Shown: positions 37,392-50,541, counted from the first letter of the stretch. The stretch is 64,000 nt of DNA from Camelus dromedarius (GCF_036321535.1 NC_087436.1:114578001-114642000), one strand, 5' to 3'. Numbers and translations: made by a program. Notes: generated by a model not told the origin, from the sequence alone.

Positions 37392-40300
37392 GTTTAAATA
37401 CACCAATTAAAATGCAGAGATAGAATGGATAGAAAAGCAAGACTCAACTCTATGCTGCCTATAAGAAACCCACTTTATTTTTTTAATTTCTAAATTTTTA
37501 TTATTTTTAATTGAAATATAGTTGATTTACAATGTGTTACTTTCTGGCGTACAGCATAGCGATTCAGTTCATATATATAAATTATTTTTCATATTAGGAC
37601 CTTGTTATTTATTCTGTATATAGCAGCTTCTATCTGCTAATCCCACATTCCCAATTTATGCCTCCCCTGCCCTTTCCCCTTTGGTAATCGTAAGTTTGTT
37701 TTCTATGTCTATGAGTCTGTTTCTGTTTTGTAAGTAAGTTCATTTGTGCCATTTTTTCAGATTTGATATGTGATATCAAATCTTCCTCTGTCTGACTTAC
37801 TGCACTTTCACTTAGTATAATAATCTCTAGGTCTGTCCATGTTACTGTAAATGGCATTACTTCATCCTTTTTAATGGCTGAGTAGCATTTCATTGTATAT
37901 ATATACCACAGCTTCTTTAGAAACCCACTTTAAATATGAAGATACAGGTAGGTTAAAAGTAAAAGGATGGAAAAAGATACATTCTGCAAATTCTGATCAA
38001 AAGAAAGTTGAAGTACCTGTGTTATACCAGATACCAGGAATTTATCAGGGATAAAGAAAGACATTAAATAATGATCAAAGGGTCAATTCACAAAAAAGGC
38101 ATCACAATCCTAAATGTATATAAACCCACCAGCAGAACTTCAAACTGCTCAGAGAAGAAACCAATAGAACAGAGAAGAGAAATAGACAAATTTACCATTG
38201 CAGTTGAGACTAATACTGATAGGACATGTAGAAACTAATTAATAAGGATATAGAGACATCAACCAACTGGACCTGATTGACATTTACAGTACATTTAATC
38301 TGACGACGGCAGAATATTCGTTGCTTTCAGGTGCACATGGAACAAGAGAGACCATATTCTGGTCTATAAAAAAAAAAGCCTTAACAAAGTTAAAAGAATT
38401 GAATATGTTCTCTGATGATAATGGAATTAAACTAGAAATCAATAACATAAAGATATTTGTAATATCCCCAATTAGTTGGAAATTAAACAGCTCATTTCTA
38501 AATAACCTGTGGATCAATGAGGAAGTCACAAAAATTAAATATTTTGAATTGAACAAAAATGAAAATGCTACATATCAAAATTTGTGAGAAACAGCTAAAT
38601 AGTGTTTAGAGAGAAATGTTTAGCATTATTAAATGCTTATGTTTAAAACAAAAAAATTTCTCAAAATCAGTGACCTAAATGAGCTTTCACCTTGAGAAAA
38701 CAGAAGATGAAGGGCAATTAAACCTAAAGCAAGCAGAACAAAGAGAAAAGTAAAGTTAAAAGTAGAAAGAAAAAGCAGTAGAGAAATCAGTAAATCAAAA
38801 GCTACTTTGAAAACATAAATAAAATTGATAAACTTCTAGCCAAACTGGCTTTGAAAAAAGAAGATACAAATTACGGTATCAGGAATAAAAGAGGGGAATT
38901 TACCACAAATCCTGTGGGCATTGAAAGGAGAATAGGGAATATAATGAAAAGTTTTACTTCCATAAATTTAAACTGATTAAATGAACAAATTCTTTTAAAG
39001 ATGAAAACTACCAGAGTTTACTCAAGAAGAAATAGATAACCTGAATACTGCTGTACTTATGGGGGAAAAAACTGAATCTATCATTTTAAATGTTCCCACA
39101 AAGACAACTACAGACCCAGATGATTTTCCTGGTGAATTCTACCAAACATACATGGAAGGAATAACATCAATTGTGTATATATCCTCCCAGAACATGAAAG
39201 AGGAAGGAACACTTCTCAACTCATTTTATAACAGCAGCATTCGTCTGATACTTAACCCAGAAAAAGACAGTGGAAGGAAAGAAAACTACAGACTAACATC
39301 CCTCATGAACGTAGACACAGAAAATCCTTTATGAAATATTAACAACTTGAATTTAGTAATATATGAAAAGGATACTACATCATGATCAACTGGGGTTTAT
39401 CCTAGAAATACAAGGCTGGTTCAGTTTTCAAAATCAATTAATATAATTTACTGTATCAGTAGGCTGAAGGAGAAAAACCATGTGATGGTCTCAATAAATA
39501 CATGAAAACATTTGATAAAGTTTAACATTCGTTCATGGTATTAAAAAAAAATCCTCTGAGCAAACTAGGAATAAGAAGTAACTTCTTCAACCTGATAAAT
39601 GGCATCTATGAAAAACCTACAGTTAGCATCATACTTGATAGTGAATTAGTGAATTCTTTCCTCCTAAGATCAGATACAAGGCAAGGATGTTCACTCTCAG
39701 CACTCCTGTATTCAACATCATTCTTGAAGTCCTAGCTATTGTAAAAAAGTAAGAAAAAAGATATATAAAACATACATATTAAAAAGGAAGAAATAAAACT
39801 ACTACCAGATTCTCAGACAATATGAATAGCTACATTGAAAATCCCTGTGTGAGAAAATTATATAATTTTAATATAAGACCCAAATAAAAGAAGACAACTC
39901 CCATGTTCAAGGATACAGCGACTCAGTATTATAAAGATGGCTGTTCATCTTAAATTGATTTATCAATTCAGCATAATTTCAATCAAAGCCCAGTGCTATT
40001 TGTGTGTGGTATTTAAGCAGACTGAGTCTAATACGTATGTGGATGGATAAAGGGCGAAGGATATTCAGTATGTTCTTAATGTACCATGTGAGGAGCATTT
40101 GCCAGGCCAGTGATCAGATCTCTATATAAATAGCTTGTAATAAAGACAATGTGGGATTTACTCAAGGAAACAGAACAGAGATGCTGGAAACAAAGCCTCA
40201 CATAAGGGAACTTTGATGCTATAGTGAAAGTCCTGTTGAAGATCTTCAAGAAAGAAGAGAATGTTTATTAAGTAGCCCTGGAATAGTTGCTTATATTTAC

Positions 40301-41200
40301 AGAGAAGAAGAAAATAGTGCCTGTATTACTGCCACAGACAGAAATTAGTTCCAAATGGATTAAAGGCTGAAATGTTAATGGTACAACTTTTTTAGAAGAA
40401 AAAAATGAAAAATGACTTTCCTACCTTGGGATGTGGAAGGATTTCTTAAACAAGAAGTAATGGCTAAATTTCAATGTTGAATATATCAACCACTTAAGAT
40501 AAACACTTTTGTTTCTATCAAGTGATGTATTAAATAATTCAAAGAGATAAACCACAAACTGGGAGAAGGTATGTGTAACACAAATAACTGACAAAAGATT
40601 AGTATACTTTCACAAATCTACAAGAAAGACAACTCAGTAGAAAAAAGGACATAAAACATGAATAGGAATTTCATAAAAGAGGAACAGATAGCCCAGAGAT
40701 GTATGAGAATAAGTGCAGTCTCATCACGGGTAAAGGAAATGGAAAATAAGACCACAGACAAGTAGTGAGATACAAATCAAGAAACCTAAGAAGTGATAAG
40801 ACACAGTGTGAATCTACAATAATTCATCTTCACTGCTGGATGGATTATAAATTGGTACAACCAATTTGAAAATAATTTGACACTATTCTGTAAAATTGAA
40901 CGTTCATAGACCCTATGATTCAACAGTTTTCCTCTGCTGAATGTCTTAGACTGCTACTCATATGTATCAGGTGACAGGGCGTGTACTAAGGACGTCATGG
41001 TGCTTCATTGAGGGTAATAGCTAACAACTGGAAACAATTCAAGTGTGTCAATTGGAGAAAGATGTATAAAATGTGGTCTGTTCATATAAAGGTATGTTAT
41101 ATGGCAATGAAAGTGAATAAACTATTCCACTTGGGAAGACATGAATGAAACAATGTTGTGTGAAAAAAAGACAGTCCCAAAAAACTGCATAATGAGGAGA
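37392..41200 (+). mobile_element. Old L1 ORF2 (endonuclease-RT) to 3' UTR; degenerate
   Basis: Track ORFs 38321, 39059 and 39535 carry L1 ORF2 motifs (FSDDNGIKLEIN, PDDFPGEFYQTY, ENYRLTSLMNVD, TRQGCSLS), broken by stops and frameshifts. Confidence 0.92.
37478..37918 (-). mobile_element. Younger L1 3' fragment nested in the old L1, 14-bp perfect TSD
   Basis: TSD agaaacccacttta at 37464-37477 and 37919-37932; track ORF 37630..37893 has YSAIKKDE..WTDLEIIILSE. Confidence 0.95.
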
Positions 41201-41204
41201 CAGC

Positions 41205-41420
41205 TGTGTGAGAGCTAAGATGCAGACTCCAGAGCTGGACTGCCTGGGGCTTGAGTTCTGGCTCCAGCCCTCGCTAGATGTGGTCCTTACGTAAGTCACC
41301 TATCCTGTCTATGCTTTAGTTTTCTCATCTGTCAATGATGGTTGTTGTGAGGGTTAAAAGATTTAATATGTGTGAAGTGCCTATAAAATGCTGTGGTGCT
41401 AAATAAATGTTAGCTATTCT
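41205..41420 (+). mobile_element. MIR SINE
   Basis: agactccagagctggactgcctggg..tttctcatctgt..ggttgttgtgagggttaaa. Confidence 0.85.
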
Positions 41421-42203
41421 TGCTACTCTGAATTCTATTGCTGTTAGGCAGTTTTGTCTTTATTATTTGCTTTTTGTTGTTATTTTAAATTATGTTTTAT
41501 TATTTGCCATCTCCCAATGGATCTAATATATGGTTTCCCATTGACGGCAATTGGAAAATAGAGGGAAATATAAAAAAATAATTAAATAACAATAATACAA
41601 TTGCTAATTGAAGCAATTCTTACTATGGTTTCTGTTCCTTGCAAGATCTCAGGATATACTAGTGTCTAAGGAAGACAAAAACACCTCTTTTTTTTCCCCA
41701 TACAATTCTATGTATGAAAGGCATAATTGAACTTGGACCTTATTATACTATCTATCATGTACAACTTTGCAGATAAACCTGTGTAGTCCTGTGTCAGTAT
41801 GAAATCTCTAGGAAGAGTTCCTATGGAGACTGCCTGAAACATGAATTTAAAAAAAAAGTCAGTAAGCAATAAAAGTTGTAGACAGACACAAATATAGAAA
41901 GATTTACTTACTCCATGGTGTTATGTCTTCATTTAGACCTATAATTAACATTTTATCCTGAAGTTAAAGAAGTAATTATCCATTATCCATCACCAGAGGG
42001 AATTTAGGGAATCCAGTGAATGGTACTAAATAAGTGGAAATAATATGAATTTTTACATGCTCCCCTTCCTGCCCTCTTGCTGTTGGCTGCTATTGATGTT
42101 GTTCTGTGACTCCACAGAGTTAACAGTATTCATCGTTATCCCCTAAGAATGCTTATAGGTCTGTTTGTAGATATGTATGTGACTATGTAATAGAAATGCA
42201 ATT

Positions 42204-42252
42204 GACACAACACTGTAAACTGTACTTCAATAAAATATATATATACAAAAAA
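42204..42252 (+). mobile_element. Extremely 5'-truncated (~50 bp) L1 tail with 12-bp TSD
   Basis: gacacaacactgtaaactgtacttcaataaaa..aaaaa between agaaatgcaatt (42192-42203) and agaaatacaatt (42253-42264). Confidence 0.75.
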
Positions 42253-42342
42253 AGAAATACAATTCAGAGTGATTAGGCAAATCTTATAGCAATATAGAGA
42301 ATCTATAAAAGTGTTGGAGAATTACTAGAAGCAAAAAGTAAT

Positions 42343-43066
42343 TGTGGGAATGCAGTTTGGTGCAGCCACTATGGAAAACAGTGTGGAGATTCCTCAAAAG
42401 ACTAGGAACAGACTTACCGTATGCCCCAGGAATCCCACTCCTGGGCTTGTATCCAGAAGGAACCCTACTTCAGGAGGACACCTGCACCCCAGTGTTCACA
42501 GCAGCACTATTTACAATAGCCAAAACATGGAAACAGCCTAAATGTCCATCAACAGGTGACTGGATAAAGAAGATGTGGTATATTTATACAATGGAATACT
42601 ACTCAGCCATAAAAACTGACAACATAACACCATTTGCAGCAACATGGATGCTCCTGAAGAATGTCATTCTAAGTGAAGTAAGCCAGAAAGAGAAAGAAAA
42701 ATACCATATGAGATCGCTCATATGTGGAATCTAAAAAACAAACAAACAAACAAACAAACAAAAACAAAGCATAAATACAGGACAGAAATAGACTCATAGA
42801 CAGAGAATACAGACTTGTGGTTGCCAGGGGGGTGGAGGGTGGGAAGGGATAGACTGGGATTTCAAAATTGTAGAATAGATGAACAAGATTATACTGCATA
42901 GCACAGGGAAATATACACAAAACATTATGGTAGCTCACAGAGAAAGAAATGTGACAATGAATGTGTATATGTCCATGTATGACTGAAAAATTGTGCTGAA
43001 CACTGGAATTTGACACAACATTGTAAAATGATTATAAATCAATAAAAAATGTTAAAAAAAAAAAAA
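42343..43066 (+). mobile_element. Young lineage-specific L1 3' end (ORF2 C-terminus, 3' UTR, poly(A))
   Basis: Uninterrupted 130-aa ORF2 C-terminus (track 42342..42734), (aaac)n, aataaa, 13-nt A-tail. Confidence 0.96.
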
Positions 43067-43294
43067 GACAAATGATCTGGTGGAGTCAGGTAACAAATAA
43101 TTCAAGAGAAAATCCACAAGATTCATGACATATATACATAGGTCAAAGGAGTGTGATTTGATAATTAAGGGACTATTAGAGGTCCTTGGGGAAAATTGTG
43201 AAAAAATGTTTTTGCAACAGTTACCCTTCTTTATGATCATATGAAAAATTCAGTTTGAAGACTCTTATATTGCTGTAATTTTCCTAGTAATTTT

Positions 43295-43670
43295 TAATAT
43301 AGTGAGATATACATACAGAAGAGTATATAAAATATATGTATAATTTAAAGAATAGCTATTCTTGGGTCAATAAACAGTACTGCCAAGCACCCCAGAAGCC
43401 AGCCAGTGACTTAAACAATCCTCTCTCTACCTTCAGAGTTAACTGCTATCCTCTGTCCTGATCTTTTTTCCTTGGTCTTCTATTTTGGTTTCATCATCTG
43501 TGTGTGCTTCACTGAGTAATGTTTAATTTTGTAATTTTATGATATGAATGCTATTTTTTATGTGTATTCCTTTTTGTCTTTCTTCTTTTGCTCAACATGT
43601 TTGTGATACTCATTCTTAACGTGGTGTGAGACTCTAGTTCATTAATCTTCAGTACAGTATAGTATTCCCT
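43295..43670 (-). mobile_element. L1ME-like 3' UTR fragment
   Basis: catacagaagagt..ccagaagcc..ttcttttgctcaacat..tatagtattcc. Confidence 0.65.
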
Positions 43671-45799
43671 GTAAAAATGAAGAAAAATATATGATGTTAG
43701 ACACAGCTGATATTTTGTATTTCTTTTAAGAGCCTAAAAATGTTTTTATTTATTCGGCAAATACTTTGCATGTGGCTATTGTTATGTGCTTTTTTATTTG
43801 TTTTTGTTTTTAGCTGCATATGACAAAAGAACCAAATAAGTGCAGCTTAAAAAATGATAAGCTTATTTTCTCAGTGTATTTTATTTCATAAAATCTTAAT
43901 TTCATTGTCTCTAAAGCATCATGAAGTATTTAAAAGGAAAATCCTAACCTGAGGGAAACAAATGTTGGAATAAAGGTAGCACATGTTCTTATTGTAGAAA
44001 ACGGTATACACATTGGTAAGATACGCACTAAAAACAGTAGAAAATGGGAAAAGGAAGGACGTGGCATTTCACAAATAGATGAACTAGTATATAGGAAAAA
44101 TGTTAAACTGCATTGAGGTTTTTTAGATTTATATTAGAAATTAAAGTAGTTTCTTTGATGACACCTTTTTCTTTATGTTTGTGGAACCTCATGATTTTCA
44201 GGCAGTTATGTTTTTTAAGAAGTTTGGTTTAAGAATCTATAAAGTCAAAGTCAAGTTCTGGTAATGTTTTATTTTCCTGCATTAGCAATTCTTCTAATAC
44301 AGTGTGATTTACTGTGTCATCATAGAAAGACAGCATTAGAGCGTGTACATGGCGGGGTAAAATTAAACATATGCTCACAATCAAATTAATGTATTTCATC
44401 TGTCTTCAACTAATAACAATCTGTCATGTTATCTATCTGAGTAGGGGCATAAACAGTTTATTTTGTGTTTGGAGTAACTTCCTGGAGGTAGTTAATGTGA
44501 CAAGTAGTTTGTTTGAATTGAGTATAACCAGATCAACACTCTAGATGTTTCCTTGATAACCTAAAAATTACTGTGAAAATCTGTACGAGTACTATATTTG
44601 TATTTTGCTTCTTTAAGTTAGGCAGAGACGTATTTTACAATAATGTCACAGAGAATATCTATTTCTGCCATTGTATATGGACTAAGATGCATAAAAAGTT
44701 TATACTTTTAGTGATTTCTTTCCATTGACGGGGATTAGACAATAATATAATTATTTAGCATCGTGCAATACTTTCCCTTTTTTAAAAAACATGAAGTAAT
44801 GCATTCTGGTTTGAATAAAAAAGTCATATTCATTGTAGAACATGTTCTTACAGCATGTTAAAAAATGAAGTTTTAGGAAAATAAGAATATTGTAAACTTT
44901 TAGGCCAATATAAAAAAAAATACAAACTATTGTAATGTTTTTCAGAATTTAAAAATTTTACTTCAAAGTTTATATTATTTAGTTTGATCAATAGCTCTGA
45001 TTATTATACATTTGATTTATAGTTTTTAAACTACTTACTACTCTTGATGCTGTTATCGTTGAAAACTATTCTGTTTGTTATATTAGCAATCCTATGTAAG
45101 TAGATACAATGGAGATCCTGAATATGGATGCCTGAATGCCAGTAAACAAATAGGACTTATAAACAAGTAAGACTTAAAAAGAGAAGTTGTCATATACTTG
45201 GCTTATTAGCATTAGTGTGTGTATTTTAGAAGTCAAAATATATACATAATTTTAAGCACATGTAAATCAAATTTAATAAATTATTAAGGGTATTTTACTT
45301 GTCATGTGTGGGCTAATCATGATGGATCATTTTTAAACATTATGTAATTTCACAATTTGTATGTACAGCTGCAAGTACTTTGTAAAGAACTTTATATAAT
45401 CAAGTGCTAGGCAAAGAGTATCTTATTTTATAATGCTGATGGGCTCGGTTTTATGATTTATTGTATGAATACTTAAAGTACTAATAAGCAATAATCAGGT
45501 TTATAATAGTTCACTTTTTTATAATAATGAGCTTTTGAAGTTTGTATGTCTTTATTCTTTTAATTAAAACTCTAAATAAAAGACGTTAAAATGACCATTC
45601 CAAAAGCTGATGTTCCTTCTTTGTGAGACACTGAATCTGGCACCAGATGGCTTGATTCTAATTCTGGTGCTAGCAGTGGGACTTTGGTTAAATCACTGTG
45701 TGTGAAATTAGATTAATGCTTTACCTGTTTGTCAAGATTGTTATGGGGCCACAAAGTTTTGTAAATTTTGAAACAGGCTTTAGGTTGCTTCAGAAGTCT

Positions 45800-46395
45800 C
45801 TTAAAGTGGTTTCTCTGCATCTGTCTTGCCCGCCTGTTTCCTTTCTCGTCATAGTAGCCAGAGTAATTTTCTCAGATGCAAAGACCACATTGTGCCATTG
45901 CTTACAACCCTCCACTGGCTTTTGCATCTCTGTATTTGGGTAATAGCCTCACGTTAGACTGCACGTCCCCAGTCTTGCTCATTATGCGTCTCTGCTTTCC
46001 TCAATTGTACTCAGTCATTTTGCTCATCCAGATTTTGTCCTGGTTGTTCCAGTGACTGAAACATTTTTCTCCTCCAACCTCCTCTTAGCTTGATTGGCTT
46101 ATTCTCATCTTTCAGACTCAGATCAAAGAGGTCTTTCATAGCTACCATATAAAATTGTCATAATTGCTATCTTGCTTCCTGTCACTCTGTTACTCTTTAT
46201 CTGCTCAGCAACACCTCTCCCCTCCTGCAATTTCTGATTATAATTGTTACACTGACTTGTTTATGTGTTTACTTGTTTATCAGTCTTTCTTCCTCATTAA
46301 TGTGAGAGTAACAGTGTCTGCTTTGTTCTCTCATTTATTGCTTGTGCTTAGCATAGTACTTGACACATAATAGGTGTGTATGTTTAATAAATGAA
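45800..46395 (+). mobile_element. L2 3' region
   Basis: gtagccagagtaatttt..gtgcttagcatagtacttgacacataatagg..aaatgaat. Confidence 0.7.
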
Positions 46396-46421
46396 TTTTA
46401 AGGTATTGTTTTACTTCTTTT

Positions 46422-46635
46422 TTTAACATTTTTTATTGATTTATAATCATTTTACAATGTTGTGTCAAATTCCAGTGTTCAGCACAATTTTTCAGTTATT
46501 CATGGACATATACACACTCATTGTCACATTTTTTTCTCTGTGAGTTATCATAACATTTTGTGTATATTTCCCTGTGCTATACAGTGTAGTCTATTCTACA
46601 ATTTTGAAATCCCAGTCTATCCCTTCCCACCCTCC
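46422..46635 (-). mobile_element. Young L1 3' UTR fragment with 9-bp TSD
   Basis: Same 3' UTR as 42343-43066; TSD acttctttt at 46413-46421 and 46636-46644; TT/AAAA endonuclease site on the minus strand. Confidence 0.95.
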
Positions 46636-47229
46636 ACTTCTTTTAAAGAAGTACATGAAGTTTTTTTTGGATAGCCTGTGATTTTTGTAACTACACTGTT
46701 AATCTGAATCATCTTTAGGTTGATTAACATGCGTTGTAATGACTAATTACTTTTGGGAGAAAGAATAATCAGCTGCATGTGTGTGACTATAAAACTTGCC
46801 ATCTTCTATTTTTAAAGTTATGATATAGATAATGGCAATTGTTTATAATTTGTAAAGGAACTTACTAGTTTACAAGATAACTGAACAGAAAAAGAAGTCA
46901 TAGTCCTGAAATCTGTAGGAATGAAACATTTTTAATCATTTGTAATTTTCTTTTGAATAGTCTCTGAATTTAGAAATTAAAGTTGTCACTGTGTAGTTAA
47001 TGGAGATGCTTTGAATCCAGCAGGGAGAAGTTGAAAGTTTTCTTATATGTCACCCACAAGAACTTCCTTTTTGTGGTTATATTTTTGCTCAGGTGGGCTG
47101 GACTGTGTGAAGTAAGATAGGTGAAATGCATAGCAGTATAGATGTTACCGATGTGCATGTGAACTTCTTAGCATCCCATACAAGACTCTAATGTGCCAGC
47201 CTTGCTGATTTCACCAGCTCTTGGAAGCC

Positions 47230-47815
47230 AGGTTCTTTCAGATGCTTTTCATACATTCCTTTGGCAAGGAATGTACATCTTCTCTGCCCCCAAGGTTGTC
47301 TGACTAATTTTTCCTTATCCTTCAGGAATTAGCTGAAGCATCATCTTCTCTGTGAGATCTTTCCTGTCCCCCTATGCAGTTTTAGAAATTTCCTTTCTCT
47401 ATTACTCCTGTTGTACGTTGTCTTATATGCTATATGACTACTGTTGTTCTCTTGGTCTTAGAATTTCATTGTGTAGTATCTTTCCATATGTGTTCCTCTC
47501 AACCTTCCCAGCCATTAGCACGTAGGAGATGCTGGGTAAATAGTTCACGAATAAATGAATGAATAGACAAATCACAATAACACTAGCTAATACTTATTGT
47601 GCCAGTCACATACTATGTACCAGTCATTGTTATGTGTGCTTTATGTGTTTAGTTATTTTACCTATTACAGTAACATTATGAGGAAAGTACTATTATTGCC
47701 CCCTTTTGTAGATGGGAAAACTGAGACAAAGAGAAATTGCTCACAATTCCACAGATAGTAGCAGAACAAGGAATCAGACCCAGGCAGTTTGGTTCTGGAG
47801 ACTTCTTTACTACCA
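47230..47815. mobile_element. L2 3' fragment (+) followed by a MIR (-)
   Basis: aataaatgaatgaat L2 tail at about 47550; tattattgcccccttttgtagatgggaaaactgagac MIR core. Confidence 0.75.
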
Positions 47816-48543
47816 TGTCCTAATTCCTTTCCAGATTAATCAGTGAATTACTGAAGAACTGTGGTTTCTGTTGCATTTACTATAATGCAAACAATTGAGA
47901 AGTTCAGAAAAGTTATTTCTTGTATGAGACTGGTGTTTGTATATAATCTACCACTCTAGATAGTGAAATAGTAACAAAGACCATCTATTGGGATATGAAA
48001 AAATGTGCTGAAATGATAGTTTTTTTTATGATGATATTTGACATAATGTGGTTTTTATCAGAATTGTGTATTGTTTATTAAACACCATTTATTTTCTGTT
48101 ACTTACCAGAATCTGTTTCTGTATCCTAATATACAGGCCGCTTTATCCTGAAAGTCATCAAAGTAAATAAATTTTGAACCATCACATCAATGTAGGGAGT
48201 TATTGTTCCATTGGAATCAGCAGGGCCAAGTGAAGGATGAAAGTGACAGCTGTAGATTCAGAATTCTCATTTGTTGCTTCTAAATCAAAACTCTGTACCT
48301 CAATAAAACCAAAATAAGATATTTTAAGAATATAGCATACTAAAATATTTATGGATGAGATGATATGTAATATGTTTTGATTTGCTTTAAGATAATCTAA
48401 GAGTGGGGCTATGGCTGAAAAAAGATTAGTCATGACTTGGTAATTGTTCAGGCACTTTTCCTCATATCTTCCCACAAAGTGTATTGACAAAGGAGAATGC
48501 ATTTTTGTTTCCATACTACTTCCGTGTATTAACTGAGCCATTT

Positions 48544-49200
48544 TTTTTAACATTTTTATTGATTTATAATCATTTTACAATGTGTCAAATTCCAGTGTTC
48601 AGCACAATTTTTCAGCTATACATGAACATATACACACTCACTGTCACATTTTTTTCTCTGTGAGCTACCATAAGATCTTATGTATATTTCCCTGTGCTAT
48701 ACAGTATAATCTTGTTTATCTATTCTACAATTTTGAAACCCCATCTATCCCTTCCCACCCTCCGCCCCCTTGGCAACTGCAAGTCTGTATTCTATGTCTA
48801 TGAGTCTATTTCTGTTTTGTATTTATGCTTTTTTTGTTTTTGTCTTTGTTTTTTAGATTCCACATATGAGCAATCTCATATGGTATTTTTCTTTCTCTTT
48901 CTGGCTTACTTCACTTAGAATGACATTCTTCAGGAGCATCCATGTTGCTGCAAATGGCGTTATGTTGTCAGTTTTTATGGCTGAGTAGTATTCCATTGTA
49001 TAAATATACCACTTCTTCTTTATCCAGTCACCTGCTGATGGACATTTAGGCTTGTTTCCATGTCTTGGCTATTGTAAATAGTGCTGCTATGAACATTGGG
49101 GTGCAGGTGTCCTCCTGAAGTAGGGTTCCTTTTGGATATATGCCCAGGAGTGGGATTCCTGGGTCATATGGTAAGCTGAGGAATCTCCATACTGTTTTCC
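48544..49200 (-). mobile_element. Young L1 3' end with 14-bp perfect TSD
   Basis: TSD taactgagccattt at 48530-48543 and 49201-49214; same subfamily as 42343-43066; short internal deletion near 49176. Confidence 0.96.
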
Positions 49201-49519
49201 TAACTGAGCCATTTAATGGCAGAAGAAAGAACATTTCTCCGATGGTTTGTGTTTTATTTGTTTTTATATTTCCCTAGTTACTAAAAATGCAAATGACTAC
49301 TCTCAATTTATAATTAAGCTTAATGTACTTTTTGACTACATAATTGAATATTACATATGCAGAATCTCAGAGACAATTGTAACATTTAGATTTCTATTAT
49401 CTTGCCAATTATAACTTCAAGTTATCATCAGTTAATAACTCAATACCCAATATATACTCAAGGAGAGGTTTATTGTTAACAAGAGTGATGTAAATCTATG
49501 TTATTTTACATTAAGGTAT

Positions 49520-49865
49520 ATATATTAGTTAAGGTAATGCTGGATGCCATAAGCAGACCAGTCCCTAAAGTTTCAATATCTTTGCACAATAGAAATTTCT
49601 TACTTAAAGACCAAAACCAGATAATGCTTATCAGTGCTGGTGCATCTCCCTTCAAGAACCCCAAATCCTTCCATTTTCTGGAACTGCCATTTTCAACAGA
49701 TGGCTTCATGGATTACCATGAAAAAGGAGAGTAAGGACTACCACACATGGAAGGCTTTTATGGGTCAAGCCTAACAGTGATGCATATCATTTCTTCATTA
49801 CATTGATCAGAAGTTAGCCTCACGGCCACACCTAACTGAACTCCAAGCTGGGAAGTGTAGTGTAG
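49520..49865 (-). mobile_element. Old MLT1-type (MaLR) LTR
   Basis: tattagttaaggtaatgct..cacggccacacctaact..gctgggaagtgtagt. Confidence 0.65.
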
Positions 49866-49929
49866 GTTGATGAACAGCTATCTAGTTGGCTCATCTTTTC
49901 TTTATTTATCTGTTTTACTCTTCTTTTTG

Positions 49930-50350
49930 TTGAAAGTAGTGAAGGATCTTAGATTTTACCCTACTTACAAGCTAACAAGTTAGCCTGCTACCGCATGGAT
50001 GCAGGCAGAAGGCATGAGGCTCCTGGAATCGGAGATAAAGGAATTTATTACTCCTAGCATAGCAAGCAGGATGAGCTCCATGATTGTGTTGGTTCCTAGG
50101 ACAGTGTGAGGGGACCTACACAGGTGATCTGTATTCAGTGGTTTCCATCACAGCTGAGGAGTACTGGGCTTAGGAAACCTAAATCTTTTATAATGGGCTC
50201 CAGGTAAGCCTCTGGACTTTGCTCTGGAGGGAGGTGCTATTTTATTATACTAGACAAACAAACTTACACCTTATCCCTGGGGGAGACACTTTCTCTATGT
50301 AGGTTGATTGCCACACAAACATCCTTGAAAGGATAGTTCAAAACAAAAGC
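49930..50350 (-). mobile_element. ERV(L)-type solo LTR; family uncertain
   Basis: gaaggatcttagattttaccctacttacaagctaacaagttagcctgc..; tttatt (antisense polyA signal) at about 50044. Confidence 0.65.
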
Positions 50351-50541
50351 TGTTATTTAAAAATTTTATTTTTCTCAATTTTAATTTTTAAAAATTTTAT
50401 TTTAAAAACACAAGTGTATTTTTCTTGCCATTTATTTATGCACATTTATACATACATATTATGCTTACAAAGGAGTTTTATTGTATGCAATTTTGTACTA
50501 TTTAACATCCTGTGCTGTTGTGTATTTCACTTGATAGTCTT

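Noticed and set aside
37392..41200. Possible active L1 ORF2
   Set aside because: Many stops and frameshifts, a nested insertion, and no ORF1 or promoter
42669..48918. Recurring ORFs starting MSNSSVQHNFS (42669-43016 -, 46462-46674 +, 48582-48803 +) that look like a small gene family
   Set aside because: They are the antisense reading of the same L1 3' UTR, use non-ATG starts, and sit inside elements with poly(A) tails (two also with TSDs)
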